Counted from the first letter of the stretch, positions 41,510 to 50,236 are shown. The stretch: 64,000 bases of DNA from Bryobacteraceae bacterium (GCA_049969655.1 JBMFOK010000002.1:112891-176890); one strand, 5' to 3'. Notes: generated by a model not told the origin, from the letters alone. Numbers and translations: made by a program.

Positions 41510-43319
41510 TGCGGCCGGCCTGCTCGCCGTGCTGTGGCTGACTCCGGCGCAGGGAGGATGGCAGCGCGTGCTTGAGGCGGCGGGACTGGACGGATCGCGG
41601 CTGGTCCTGCTGGAGGGCGATTCGACGCAGGCGCGTGCGGCGGGGTTTCTTCCCACGCGGGAGCGGGTGGAGGTCCGCAGCGTAACGGACACGTTTCTGC
41701 CGCCGCTGCGCATCATCTGGGAAAAGCCGATCAGCATCCCGCGCTATGAAGTGCCGGCTCGGGCCACCGTCTTCACGAGGGAACGGTGGACGGGCGCGCC
41801 GCTGGCGGCGGGCTACCGCGACGGAGACCGAATCGTCTTCTGGACGGCCACGCCGGTCGGCGACCGCGGCTATGAGCGATATCCGTATCTGGCGCAGGCG
41901 CTCGTCGAGCTGGGGCTGACGCCCCGGGTGGAGTCCCGCTCCCTGTGGGCGTTCTTTGACTCTTCCTATCGTCTCCGCGCCGATCCCGAGTATCTTGCGG
42001 CCCGGTGGCGGCGCTCCGGCTTCAGCGCGATCCATGTGGCCGCCTGGCAGTACTGGGAGCCGGACGAGGTGCGCGACGCCTATCTGCGGCGCCTGATGGA
42101 GGCCTGCCACCGGCGCGCCATCCACGTCTATGCATGGATCGAGCTTCCTCATGTCAGCGACACCTTCTGGGACGCGCACCCCGAGTGGCGCGAAAAGACC
42201 GCCACGGGACAGGACGCCCGGCTGGACTGGCGCAAGCTGATGAACCTGGCGGACCCGGATTGCGCGGCCGCCGTGGAAACCGGGCTTCGGCAGCTGCTTG
42301 CGCGCTTCGATTGGGACGGCGTGAATCTCGCCGAGCTTTATTTCGAGTCGCTCGAAGGGTATCTCAACCCGGCGCGCTTCACGCCGTTCAACGAAACCGT
42401 GCGCCTCCAGTTCCAGAGGGAAACGGGCGTGGACCCCGCGGATCTGTACAACCCCGCCTCGCGGTTCTATCACTATCGCGACAGCGCCCCCATGCGGCGG
42501 TTTCTCGACTTCCGCGCGCGGCTGGCGCACCGGTTGCAGGTGGAATGGCTGGAACGGATCCGCCGCATTGCCGACCAGCGCGGAGCGCTGGACGTCGTGC
42601 TGACGCACGTCGATGACCGCTTCGACACGACGATGCGGGACAACCTTGGCGCCGATGCCGCGGCGCTGTTGCCGGAAGCGGCACGCTTCGGCGCAACGTT
42701 TCTTGTGGAGGACCCGGCGACCATCTGGAACCTCGGCCCGGAACGCTACGCGGAACTGGCGCGCCGGTATGCGCCCATTGTTCCCGCGAGCGTGCGGCTG
42801 GGCGCCGACATCAACATCGTCGAGCGCTATCAGGACGTATATCCGACGAAACACCAGACCGGCGGCGAGCTGTTCCAGCTTTTACACTGGGCCTCGCGGT
42901 CGTTCGAGCAGGTGGCTATCTACTTCGAGAACTCGATCCTCGCCCCGGACTGGCCCCTGGTGGCCGCGGCCGCCGCGCGCGCCGCCTGGAAAGAAGAAGC
43001 GGACGGGGCCGCATGGGTCGAGTCAACACACGCCGTTGCCCTCCGATGGGAAGGCTGTGCCGAGGTCAACGGCAGGCCGTGGCCCATCCGCTCCCAGGGC
43101 AGGCTGCTGTTGCCGCCGGGCAGGAACCGGGTGGAGCGCTGCCGGGAAGAGGTCGGCCCGGTCCTTGAAGATTTCAGCGGCGCCATCGTCTCCGTCGATC
43201 AGGTAGACGGCATGTGGAGGGTCGAGTACGAGAGCCGCGCCCGGGCCATCGCCGTGTATGCCGGCAGCGGTCGCGTTCGATTTTTGCCCCCGGGCCGCCA
43301 CCAGGTGTGGCTGAATTAG
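41490..43319 (+). CDS. Secreted glycoside-hydrolase-like TIM-barrel protein (GHL10/DUF187- or PgaB-C-terminal-like)
   Basis: Signal peptide MRTRGISAAGLLAVLWLTPAQG. IHVYAWIELPHVS...HPEWREK...LDWRKLMNLADPDCAAAVETGLRQLLARFDWDGVNLAELYFES resembles GHL-type (beta/alpha)8 families. The start overlaps the upstream gene by 20 nt. Confidence 0.55.
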   Translation: MRTRGISAAGLLAVLWLTPAQGGWQRVLEAAGLDGSRLVLLEGDSTQARAAGFLPTRERVEVRSVTDTFLPPLRIIWEKPISIPRYEVPARATVFTRERWTGAPLAAGYRDGDRIVFWTATPVGDRGYERYPYLAQALVELGLTPRVESRSLWAFFDSSYRLRADPEYLAARWRRSGFSAIHVAAWQYWEPDEVRDAYLRRLMEACHRRAIHVYAWIELPHVSDTFWDAHPEWREKTATGQDARLDWRKLMNLADPDCAAAVETGLRQLLARFDWDGVNLAELYFESLEGYLNPARFTPFNETVRLQFQRETGVDPADLYNPASRFYHYRDSAPMRRFLDFRARLAHRLQVEWLERIRRIADQRGALDVVLTHVDDRFDTTMRDNLGADAAALLPEAARFGATFLVEDPATIWNLGPERYAELARRYAPIVPASVRLGADINIVERYQDVYPTKHQTGGELFQLLHWASRSFEQVAIYFENSILAPDWPLVAAAAARAAWKEEADGAAWVESTHAVALRWEGCAEVNGRPWPIRSQGRLLLPPGRNRVERCREEVGPVLEDFSGAIVSVDQVDGMWRVEYESRARAIAVYAGSGRVRFLPPGRHQVWLN

Positions 43320-43910
43320 GCCTTCATCACCCTGCGCGACATCGGCAGGGATGAAAGTCGCCGCTCGCGGCGCGACCGCGCGGCAGGCCGTTCGTTCTCC
43401 CGGCATGCGGCCGCTTCCCTTGCGCCCCACCCGGTTCGCGCTTTGAGGGCGGCCGGCACGGCTCGAGCGGGCAAAGTCCGGGTGCGATCAGGGCAAAATG
43501 CAGTCAGCGGACGTCTCCTGACGGTGAAAGAAGCACCGGGCGGAAGCGGTCCCAGGGGCTTCTGGTGCGCTTGCCGACCTCGCCCCGCGCGCCATGGGGT
43601 TCGACGCGAGGCCGCTTCCCGGGCCTCACAGACTTTCTTTTGGTGCCGGATGGGGTTGCATCCTGTTCTTGGCTGGATGGGGGGAAGTGTCATGAGACAC
43701 GAACGCGGTTCGGCCCCGGTCCGGCGCAGCTGGCCTTGGCCGGAGGCTGGGGGCAGGGGATGCGGACGATGAGTCCGCACAGGGTCCTGGGAGTCACGTC
43801 GAAGCCAGGCTCTGGGGCCTGACGGGCGGGGCAGCAGCCCGCCGCTCCCCGCAAGCCGGGATCAGTCCCGCGGCGCGCCGCCTCACGGCCGGTCAGGTTC
43901 GGGGTTCACG

Positions 43911-43934
43911 GAAAGAAAAGCACGCGTTTGCGTG
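43911..43934 (-). terminator. Rho-independent terminator after hom
   Basis: Minus strand: CACGC-aaac-GCGTG followed by CTTTTCTTTCC, about 66 nt after the hom stop. Confidence 0.55.
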
Positions 43935-43999
43935 ATTCCCGCTTCCTGAGCGCTGCCCTCTTCTTCGGGATGAAGAATCAATGATCGCGGACTGCTGTA

Positions 44000-45304
44000 C
44001 TAGAGGCCGCTTTCGACCGGCATCGCCAGCGGCGGCTCGACCATGAAGTCGAGCGCCTGCATCTCTTCAAGCGCGGCGCGCACCGCGGCCTCGGGCGAGC
44101 TTTCCAGCGTGATGACGAACGGCAGGTTCTGCTTGTCCTGCCCGGGCAACTGGAGCACCGCATCGATCGAGATGGCGTGGCGCGCCAGGATGGTGGACAG
44201 GTCGCGGATGATGCCCGGCCGGTCCTTGATGCGGAAGCGCAGGTACCAGGGCCGTTGCTGCTGGCCGATGGGCAGCGGGCTGACCGGCTCGAGGGTGCGC
44301 GCGGCGAAGGGCGGCACGCGGTGGTCGGGCGCCGGGCGCAGCTCGCGCGCCACGCGCATCAGGTCGCTCGCGACGGCAACGCCGGTCGGCAGCGGCCCGG
44401 CGCCGCGGCCATAGTAAAACGTGTCAGCGCCGTAGGCGCCGCGCACCCACACGGCGTTATAGGCGCCGCGCACGCCGGCCATGATCGTTTTCAGCGGCAG
44501 TAGCGAAGGCCGCACGCTGACAAACAGGCCGCCCTCGGCGCGCCGCGCGGAACACAGCAGGCGGATGGTGGAGCCCAGCTGGCGCGCGTATTCGAAGTCA
44601 ATGGGCGAGACGCGCCGTATGCCTTCCGTCGGGATGGAGACCGGATCCAGCCGCACCCCAAAGGCGAGCGAGACGAGCAACGCGAGCTTGGAGCGCGCGT
44701 CCCAGCCATCGACGTCGGCGGCCGGGTCGGCCTCGGCATAGCCGAGCCGTTGCGCCTCGCCAAGCACCTCGTCGAAGCCCGCGCCGCGCTGTTCGATCTC
44801 GGTCAGGATGTAATTACTGGTGCCGTTGAGGATGCCGAACAGCGCTTCGACGCGGTCGCCGGCGATGCCTTCGCGCAGCACCGCGTGGATTGGGATGCCG
44901 CCGCAGACGCTGGCCTCCATGGCCAGTGTTGCGCCGTGCCGCTCGGCCAACAGGCACAGCTCGGGGCCGCGCAGCGCGACCAGTTCCTTGTTGGCGGTGA
45001 CGACGCATTTGCCGGCGAGCAGGGCGGCCTCGACGATTTCGGCAGCGACGCCGACGCCGCCAACGAGCTCGGCGACGATCTCCACTTCCGGGTGCGTCAC
45101 CACCTGGCGCCAGTCATTGGTGATGAGCGCTGGCTCGACGCCGGCGGGCAACGCCTTCGCCTGGGGGTTGCGGCTGCATACGGCTACGACGCGCAGCGGG
45201 AAGCCCAGCTTGCGGGCGATTTCCGCGGCGTTTTCCGCGAGAATGGTAAGGGTTCCGCCACCCACGTTGCCGAGGCCGATGATGCCAATCCCGACGCCTT
45301 TCAT
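44000..45304 (-). CDS. hom: Homoserine dehydrogenase with C-terminal ACT domain
   Basis: GIGIIGLGNVGGG N-terminus, TANKELVA, GILNGTSNYIL and GYAEADP blocks. C-terminal ACT-like RFRIKDRPGIIRDLSTILA. Confidence 0.9.
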   Translation of the reverse strand: MKGVGIGIIGLGNVGGGTLTILAENAAEIARKLGFPLRVVAVCSRNPQAKALPAGVEPALITNDWRQVVTHPEVEIVAELVGGVGVAAEIVEAALLAGKCVVTANKELVALRGPELCLLAERHGATLAMEASVCGGIPIHAVLREGIAGDRVEALFGILNGTSNYILTEIEQRGAGFDEVLGEAQRLGYAEADPAADVDGWDARSKLALLVSLAFGVRLDPVSIPTEGIRRVSPIDFEYARQLGSTIRLLCSARRAEGGLFVSVRPSLLPLKTIMAGVRGAYNAVWVRGAYGADTFYYGRGAGPLPTGVAVASDLMRVARELRPAPDHRVPPFAARTLEPVSPLPIGQQQRPWYLRFRIKDRPGIIRDLSTILARHAISIDAVLQLPGQDKQNLPFVITLESSPEAAVRAALEEMQALDFMVEPPLAMPVESGL

Positions 45305-45632
45305 CAGAGTTCAGTCTAGCAGGCGCCTGCTGGCCGTCCTGCTGGCGTTCCTCGCTGCCGCGTCCATGTCCACGGCGCAGATCCAGACGCCGCCGCCACG
45401 GCCGGACGAGCCGAAACGCCTCCCCGACGGCCGCCTGTGGTCGGAGGCCGTGCTCAAGGCCAACTACGAAGCGAACCTGAAGGATCTGGAACAGATGAGG
45501 AAGATCCTCGAATCGGTGCGGACGGAGATCGAGAAAAGCCAGGGCCATGTGCTCTCGCTCAGGGCCCTGAAAGACCTGGAAGAGCTCGAGCGTCTGAGCC
45601 GCCGCGTCCGCCAGCGGATGAAGCGGGACTGA
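45279..45632 (+). CDS. Small secreted coiled-coil protein (hypothetical)
   Basis: 3' part of ORF-track 44820..45632. MMPIPTPFIRVQSSRRLLAVLLAFLAAASMSTAQ looks like a signal peptide, followed by a charged helical region. The only in-frame start upstream of the hydrophobic core is ATG 45279/45282, which overlaps the hom 5' end on the opposite strand. Confidence 0.45.
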   Translation: MMPIPTPFIRVQSSRRLLAVLLAFLAAASMSTAQIQTPPPRPDEPKRLPDGRLWSEAVLKANYEANLKDLEQMRKILESVRTEIEKSQGHVLSLRALKDLEELERLSRRVRQRMKRD

Positions 45633-45652
45633 AATTAGTACACTGAACTCCG

Positions 45653-46204
45653 ATGAGCGCCACCCGAGAAAAAGCCCAACTGATGAGCGCCTCCGAGATG
45701 GACCGCACGCTGGTGCGGCTGGCCCACGAGGTGCTGGAGAAGACGAGCAATCCCGCCAATCTCGCCTTCATCGGCATCCGCCGCCGCGGCGTGCCGATGG
45801 CGGAGCGGATCGCGCGCAAGATCGAATCGCTCGAAAACATCCGCGTACCCGTCGGAGCCATCGACATTACCCTCTACCGCGACGACCTGTCGACCATCGG
45901 CCCCAAGCCGGTGGTTTCGGCCACGCAGATCGACTTCCCGATCACCGGCAAGGACGTCATTCTGATGGACGACGTGCTCTACACGGGCCGCACCGTGCGC
46001 GCGGCGCTCGACGCGCTGTTTGAACTCGGCCGGCCGGCGCGGGTGCAGCTTCTGGTGCTGATCGACCGCGGCCACCGCGAGCTGCCCATCGAGGCGCAGT
46101 TCATCGGCCGCAAGGTCCCCACCTCGTCGCGGGAGATCATTGAGGTGAAGTTCCAGGAGATCGACGGCGTCGAGAAGGTGATGCTGGTCGAGAAAGTCGA
46201 CTGA
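45653..46204 (+). CDS. pyrR: Bifunctional pyrimidine regulatory protein / uracil phosphoribosyltransferase PyrR
   Basis: LAFIGIRRRGVPMAERI and the PRPP motif VILMDDVLYTGRTVRAALD, with the typical 180-aa length. Confidence 0.9.
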   Translation: MSATREKAQLMSASEMDRTLVRLAHEVLEKTSNPANLAFIGIRRRGVPMAERIARKIESLENIRVPVGAIDITLYRDDLSTIGPKPVVSATQIDFPITGKDVILMDDVLYTGRTVRAALDALFELGRPARVQLLVLIDRGHRELPIEAQFIGRKVPTSSREIIEVKFQEIDGVEKVMLVEKVD

Positions 46205-46216
46205 AGGAGGCGCGCC

Positions 46217-47128
46217 ATGGGCCGCAGCCTGCTCGGCATCGAGGATCTGGACCGGGCGGAGATCGAACGCATACTCGACCGCGCCGTGGCCTTCCAGCCG
46301 CACGGCGGAGCGAACTTTGCCAAGGTCAACACCTGCACCGGCATGATGGTGGTGAACGCGTTTTTCGAAAACTCGACGCGGACGCGTTCGAGTTTCGAGA
46401 TCGCGGCCCACCGGCTGGGCGCCGACACGCTCTCCATCACCGCCGCGGGCTCCAGCGTGGCCAAGGGCGAGAGCCTGGTGGACACGCTGAATACGCTCGC
46501 GGCGATGCGGCCGTCGGTGATCGTGATGCGCCACCAGGCCTCCGGCGCGCCCCACTTTCTGGCGCGGCATCTTTCGACGCCGATCGTCAACGCCGGCGAC
46601 GGCACGCATGAGCACCCGACGCAGGCGCTGCTTGACGCGCGCACCATCCTCGACCGGCTGGGACGGCTTGAGGGCCTTCGCGTGGCGATCATCGGCGACA
46701 TCCTGCACAGCCGGGTGGCGCGCTCCAACGTCTTCCTGCTGTCGAAGTTCGGCGCCAGCGTGGTTCTGTGCGGCCCGCCCACACTGCTGCCGCGCGAGAT
46801 GGCGCAACTGGCGCCAGGCGTCGAGCTGGAATACGACATGCGGCGCGCCGTGCGCGGTGCCAACGTCATCATGATGCTGCGCGTGCAGCTCGAACGGATC
46901 CATGAGCCGCCGATGCAGGCCGGCGAGTACTTCCGCTTCTACGGCCTGCGGCAGGAGCACGTCGAGCTGGCGCATCCGGACGTCATCGTCATGCACCCCG
47001 GGCCGATGAACCGCGGCCGCGAGATCTCCTCCGAGGTGGCCGACTCGCAACGGTCGATGATCCTGAACCAGGTGGAAAACGGCGTGCCGGTGCGCATGGC
47101 GGTGCTCGAGAGGACCCTGCTGTGGTGA
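46217..47128 (+). CDS. pyrB: Aspartate carbamoyltransferase catalytic subunit
   Basis: FFENSTRTRSSFE (STRTR), HPTQALLD and HPGPMNRG motifs. Confidence 0.95.
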   Translation: MGRSLLGIEDLDRAEIERILDRAVAFQPHGGANFAKVNTCTGMMVVNAFFENSTRTRSSFEIAAHRLGADTLSITAAGSSVAKGESLVDTLNTLAAMRPSVIVMRHQASGAPHFLARHLSTPIVNAGDGTHEHPTQALLDARTILDRLGRLEGLRVAIIGDILHSRVARSNVFLLSKFGASVVLCGPPTLLPREMAQLAPGVELEYDMRRAVRGANVIMMLRVQLERIHEPPMQAGEYFRFYGLRQEHVELAHPDVIVMHPGPMNRGREISSEVADSQRSMILNQVENGVPVRMAVLERTLLW

Positions 47129-48423
47129 AGAAGCTGCTGATCCGCAATGGAAGGGTGATCTGCCCGGCGTCGGGGATCGACGCGGTGGCGGACGTGCTCA
47201 TCGAGGATGGGCGCATCGCCGCCGTGGGCGAAGGGTTGAGCGCGTCCGGCGCGGAAACGCTGGACGCCGCCGGCCTCGTCGTGGCGCCCGGCTTCATCGA
47301 CATCCACGTGCACCTGCGCGAGCCGGGCTTCACGCACGCCGAGACCATCGCCACCGGCTCGCGAGCCGCCGCCGCCGGCGGCTTCACCACCGTCTGCTGC
47401 ATGCCGAACACAAACCCGGTGAACGATTCGGCGACGGTGACCACCTACATCATCGAAAAGGCGCGGCGCGAGGCCGTGGTCCACGTCTTCCCCATCGGTG
47501 CCATCACCCGGGGCAGCGAGGGCGAGGAGCTGGCCGCCATCGGCTCCATGGTGGCCGCCGGCGCCATCGCCATCAGCGACGACGGCCGGCCGGTGATGAA
47601 CGCGCGCGTCATGCGGCGCGCCATGGAGACCGCGCGCGTCCTCAACATCCCGGTCATCCAGCACTGCGAGGACCTGAACCTCTCCGCCGGCGGCGACATG
47701 CACGAGTGCGCCGAAAGCGTGCGGCTGGGCCTGCGCGGCATCCCGGCGGCGGCCGAAGACGTCATGGTGGCGCGCGATCTCCTGCTGGCCGAGCTCACCG
47801 GCGCGCGCTACCACGTGGCGCACATCTCGACGAAAAACGCCGTGGCGATGGTGGCCTGGGCGCGCCGTCAGGGCCTGCCGGTGACCTGCGAGGCCACGCC
47901 GCACCACATCGCGCTCGACACCGGCCATATGCGCCCCTATGATTCCCACTTCAAGATGAAGCCACCCCTGCGCGGGCCGGAGCATGTGGAGGCCGTGATC
48001 CAGGGCATCGTCTCCGGCGCCGTCGATTGTCTCGCCACCGATCACGCCCCGCACGCCGGCGACGACAAGATGCAGGAGTTCGAGCGCTGCCCGTTCGGCA
48101 TCATCGGGCTGGAAACGGCCCTCGGCGTGGCGCTGGAAGTGCTGGTGCACACCGGCCGCATCAGCCTGAACCGGCTGGTGGCGCTGTTTACCAGCGAGCC
48201 GGCGCGCGTCATCGGCTGGAAAGGCGAGCAGGCCCGTGGGGCATTGAAGCCCGGCTACTCCGGCGATGTCACCATCTTCCACCCGGAATACCCCTGGACC
48301 TACGACGTGAAGAATTCGTTTTCGAAAAGTTCGAACACGCCCTTCAACGGGCGCACATTTCGCGGAGGCCCCATCGCGACCATCGTCAGCGGCGAAATCG
48401 TCTGGAAAGCGCCGGGCTTCTGA
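47122..48423 (+). CDS. pyrC: Dihydroorotase
   Basis: GFIDIHVHLREPG (HxH), the HVAHIST motif and ATDHAPH. GTG start overlaps the pyrB 3' end by 7 nt. Confidence 0.9.
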   Translation: MVKKLLIRNGRVICPASGIDAVADVLIEDGRIAAVGEGLSASGAETLDAAGLVVAPGFIDIHVHLREPGFTHAETIATGSRAAAAGGFTTVCCMPNTNPVNDSATVTTYIIEKARREAVVHVFPIGAITRGSEGEELAAIGSMVAAGAIAISDDGRPVMNARVMRRAMETARVLNIPVIQHCEDLNLSAGGDMHECAESVRLGLRGIPAAAEDVMVARDLLLAELTGARYHVAHISTKNAVAMVAWARRQGLPVTCEATPHHIALDTGHMRPYDSHFKMKPPLRGPEHVEAVIQGIVSGAVDCLATDHAPHAGDDKMQEFERCPFGIIGLETALGVALEVLVHTGRISLNRLVALFTSEPARVIGWKGEQARGALKPGYSGDVTIFHPEYPWTYDVKNSFSKSSNTPFNGRTFRGGPIATIVSGEIVWKAPGF

Positions 48424-48527
48424 CCCCCGCTTTGCGACTTCCTCACCGCGAGCGCCACAGGCGATCCAGGGAGCCTTCCGCGGCTGCCGGTGCAGGCACA
48501 AACTCCGTGGCCTCGCGAAAACGGCCC

Positions 48528-48559
48528 CTGGTCCGGCTGGTAAAGCCGGGCGTTGAGGT
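48528..48559. repeat. Copy 1 of a 32-bp hairpin-containing direct repeat
   Basis: CTGGTCCGGCTGGTAAAGCCGGGCGTTGAGGT. Contains CCGGCT-ggtaa-AGCCGG. 29 of 32 positions identical to copy 2. Confidence 0.8.
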
Positions 48560-48597
48560 CCGCGGAGTGGGTTCCACGCCGCGCAGCTCCTCAAGCT

Positions 48598-48629
48598 CTG
48601 GTCCGACCGGCAAAGCCGGGCGTTGAGGT
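48598..48629. repeat. Copy 2 of the 32-bp direct repeat (70-bp period)
   Basis: CTGGTCCGACCGGCAAAGCCGGGCGTTGAGGT, in the convergent intergenic region between pyrC and the hypothetical gene ending at 48636. Confidence 0.8.
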
Positions 48630-48635
48630 GCAGGG

Positions 48636-49343
48636 TCAGGTCTGGAGTTCGGACATCGGAGGCGCTGCCATGGCCCTGCGGATATCCTCGAGGGCAATTT
48701 CTGGGGTGTCCCGCGTCCATGTGGCGCTCAGGTCGACTTTTCTGCCGTTGGGCAGGACCACGGTCAGCTCCGGGATGACCTGCCGGCCCCAGGGATTCTC
48801 TCCGAGGGTCTCCCAATACGAGACGGCGAACTCCCTGGGGTTGAGGCCGGCCTTTCGCATCGCCTCCGCCAGCGCCAGCTTCGCCTCCCGGGCCAGGGAA
48901 GTCAGCTCGTCCGGCCGGCGCCAGAGGAGAATGGCGTTGTCCGGCTCAATCTGAGAATCTTCGACGTCCTGGAAGGGGTAGCCCTCAGGGCCCCACCCGG
49001 TCGTGGTCTGCGCAGCAGAGGAGGCGGGCTCGGACCCTTGCGGGGTGAGTTGCGAATCGGGAGCCACGGTTCCATTTTGGAACTCCGCCTGTGCCGGAAT
49101 GAGACCGGGAAGACCGAAACCCGATGGGGATACGAACGGCGTCAAGCCCGAAGACTGCGGAACCGATTGGGGCTTTTCGAAACCAGCATCACTCGTGAAG
49201 GCAGAAGCGAAGCTTTCCGAATTACTTGTGCGGGATTGCGGCCGCATTGCTGCCGGGCCGACCGATTCGAGCCAGGAAAACGGGCTGGACCGCGAGGCAG
49301 GGTTCGTTGTCATGCCACCCGCTGGGTGCATGCGGCATGCCAA
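48636..49343 (-). CDS. Hypothetical protein with S/P/Q/T-rich, probably disordered N-terminal half
   Basis: ORF-track 235 aa. The C-terminal ~100 aa (ILLWRRPDELTSLAREAKLALAEAMRKAGLNPREFAVSYWETLG...) look globular. No family recognised, start uncertain, and G+C is lower than in neighbouring genes. Confidence 0.5.
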   Translation of the reverse strand: MACRMHPAGGMTTNPASRSSPFSWLESVGPAAMRPQSRTSNSESFASAFTSDAGFEKPQSVPQSSGLTPFVSPSGFGLPGLIPAQAEFQNGTVAPDSQLTPQGSEPASSAAQTTTGWGPEGYPFQDVEDSQIEPDNAILLWRRPDELTSLAREAKLALAEAMRKAGLNPREFAVSYWETLGENPWGRQVIPELTVVLPNGRKVDLSATWTRDTPEIALEDIRRAMAAPPMSELQT

Positions 49344-49385
49344 ACAGCCACGACGAGGCGATGGGTCCGGCGATCGCCCGACAGG

Positions 49386-50210
49386 TTACCTGCGGAATTC
49401 GATGCGGACGTATTTCTCCGCACCAATGGGTTCAGCCACGACGCGGACCGTACACTGGGGCGGCGGTGCGGCGCCTTCGGGTGGCGACCAGGAGAGCTTC
49501 AGCGTGGACTTGCCGCCTGCCGGAATGGAGGGAGAGGACAGAGATGCCTCGAGTCCTTTTACGGTTGGAGCCACCAGGCGCAACTCGACCGTGCCCGGCA
49601 TCGCGTTGTGGATCTCCACCTCTTCGGTCCCGCCCGACAGCGGAAGTGTCACGGATTCGCGGGACAGCCGAACCATTGCATGCAATTCTTCGGCCGAGGC
49701 CGGCATCCGAACCGGCGCGGGAAGCAAACTGCTTGCCGCAGAGTTGCCGGCAGCGGGGGCCGAACGCATGGTCCCGAAGGGGGTGGCCACGCCATCTTTG
49801 GCGGGATCCGGGATGTACCGGCACCACTCGCCGCCCTCCTGGCGCCACAGGGAGGACAGCGGCGCAGTGACGGGAATCGGTCCCGAGAGAGTGCTCATGG
49901 TGGTACCAAGAGCCACGGAAGCCCGGGCGCGCGTGAAGTTCTCTTCGTAAACAATCGACAGGAGCTGGATGCTCGTCCAGCGCCGCTTCTCCATGTCGTA
50001 ATATCGGTCCCGGCTCTCCTCGCACACCAGAGCCTCGGCCTGACGGAACTTTCCCTGCTGCTCCAGCCCGTAAAATTGCTCGATCCGCGCCCGCAGGGCC
50101 TCGTCGACTCCGGCCGGCGGGCGGTTAAATCCCGTACTGCTTGTCGCCTGCCCACCGGCAGCGGAAAGGCACATCAATGCAGCGGTGAGAGCGGTGCTTG
50201 TAAAGCGCAT
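49386..50210 (-). CDS. Hypothetical secreted protein (NTF2-like N-domain plus Ig/ASH-like C-domain, by eye)
   Basis: Start MRFTSTALTAALMCLSAAGG (signal peptide) at 50210; the longer ORF-track start would run through tRNA-Gln. The C-terminal VTLPLSGGTEEVEIHNAMPGTVELRL...GGKSTLKLSWSP pattern resembles DUF1573/ASH beta-sandwiches. Confidence 0.55.
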   Translation of the reverse strand: MRFTSTALTAALMCLSAAGGQATSSTGFNRPPAGVDEALRARIEQFYGLEQQGKFRQAEALVCEESRDRYYDMEKRRWTSIQLLSIVYEENFTRARASVALGTTMSTLSGPIPVTAPLSSLWRQEGGEWCRYIPDPAKDGVATPFGTMRSAPAAGNSAASSLLPAPVRMPASAEELHAMVRLSRESVTLPLSGGTEEVEIHNAMPGTVELRLVAPTVKGLEASLSSPSIPAGGKSTLKLSWSPPEGAAPPPQCTVRVVAEPIGAEKYVRIEFRR

Positions 50211-50236
50211 CTCTGGAGAGCCTACCAGGCGGGAAG

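Noticed and set aside
39311-42854. ORFs 39311..41014 (-) and 41304..42854 (-)
   Set aside because: R/P/Q-rich shadows opposite the TPR/beta-barrel and GHL genes.
43596-43611. GGGGTTCGACGCGAGG resembling a tmRNA 5' or T-arm motif
   Set aside because: There is no acceptor-stem partner, no ...CCACCA 3' end and no tag-peptide reading frame nearby.
45633-46216. PyrR-binding attenuator hairpins upstream of pyrR or pyrB
   Set aside because: The spacers are only 20 nt and 12 nt, and no ARUCCAGAGAGGYU-like binding loop is visible. PyrR may act elsewhere or mainly as a UPRTase.
45635-48816. ORFs 45635..47050 (-) and 46939..48816 (-)
   Set aside because: Antisense to pyrR, pyrB and pyrC, which have canonical motifs (STRTR, HPGPMNRG, HxH).
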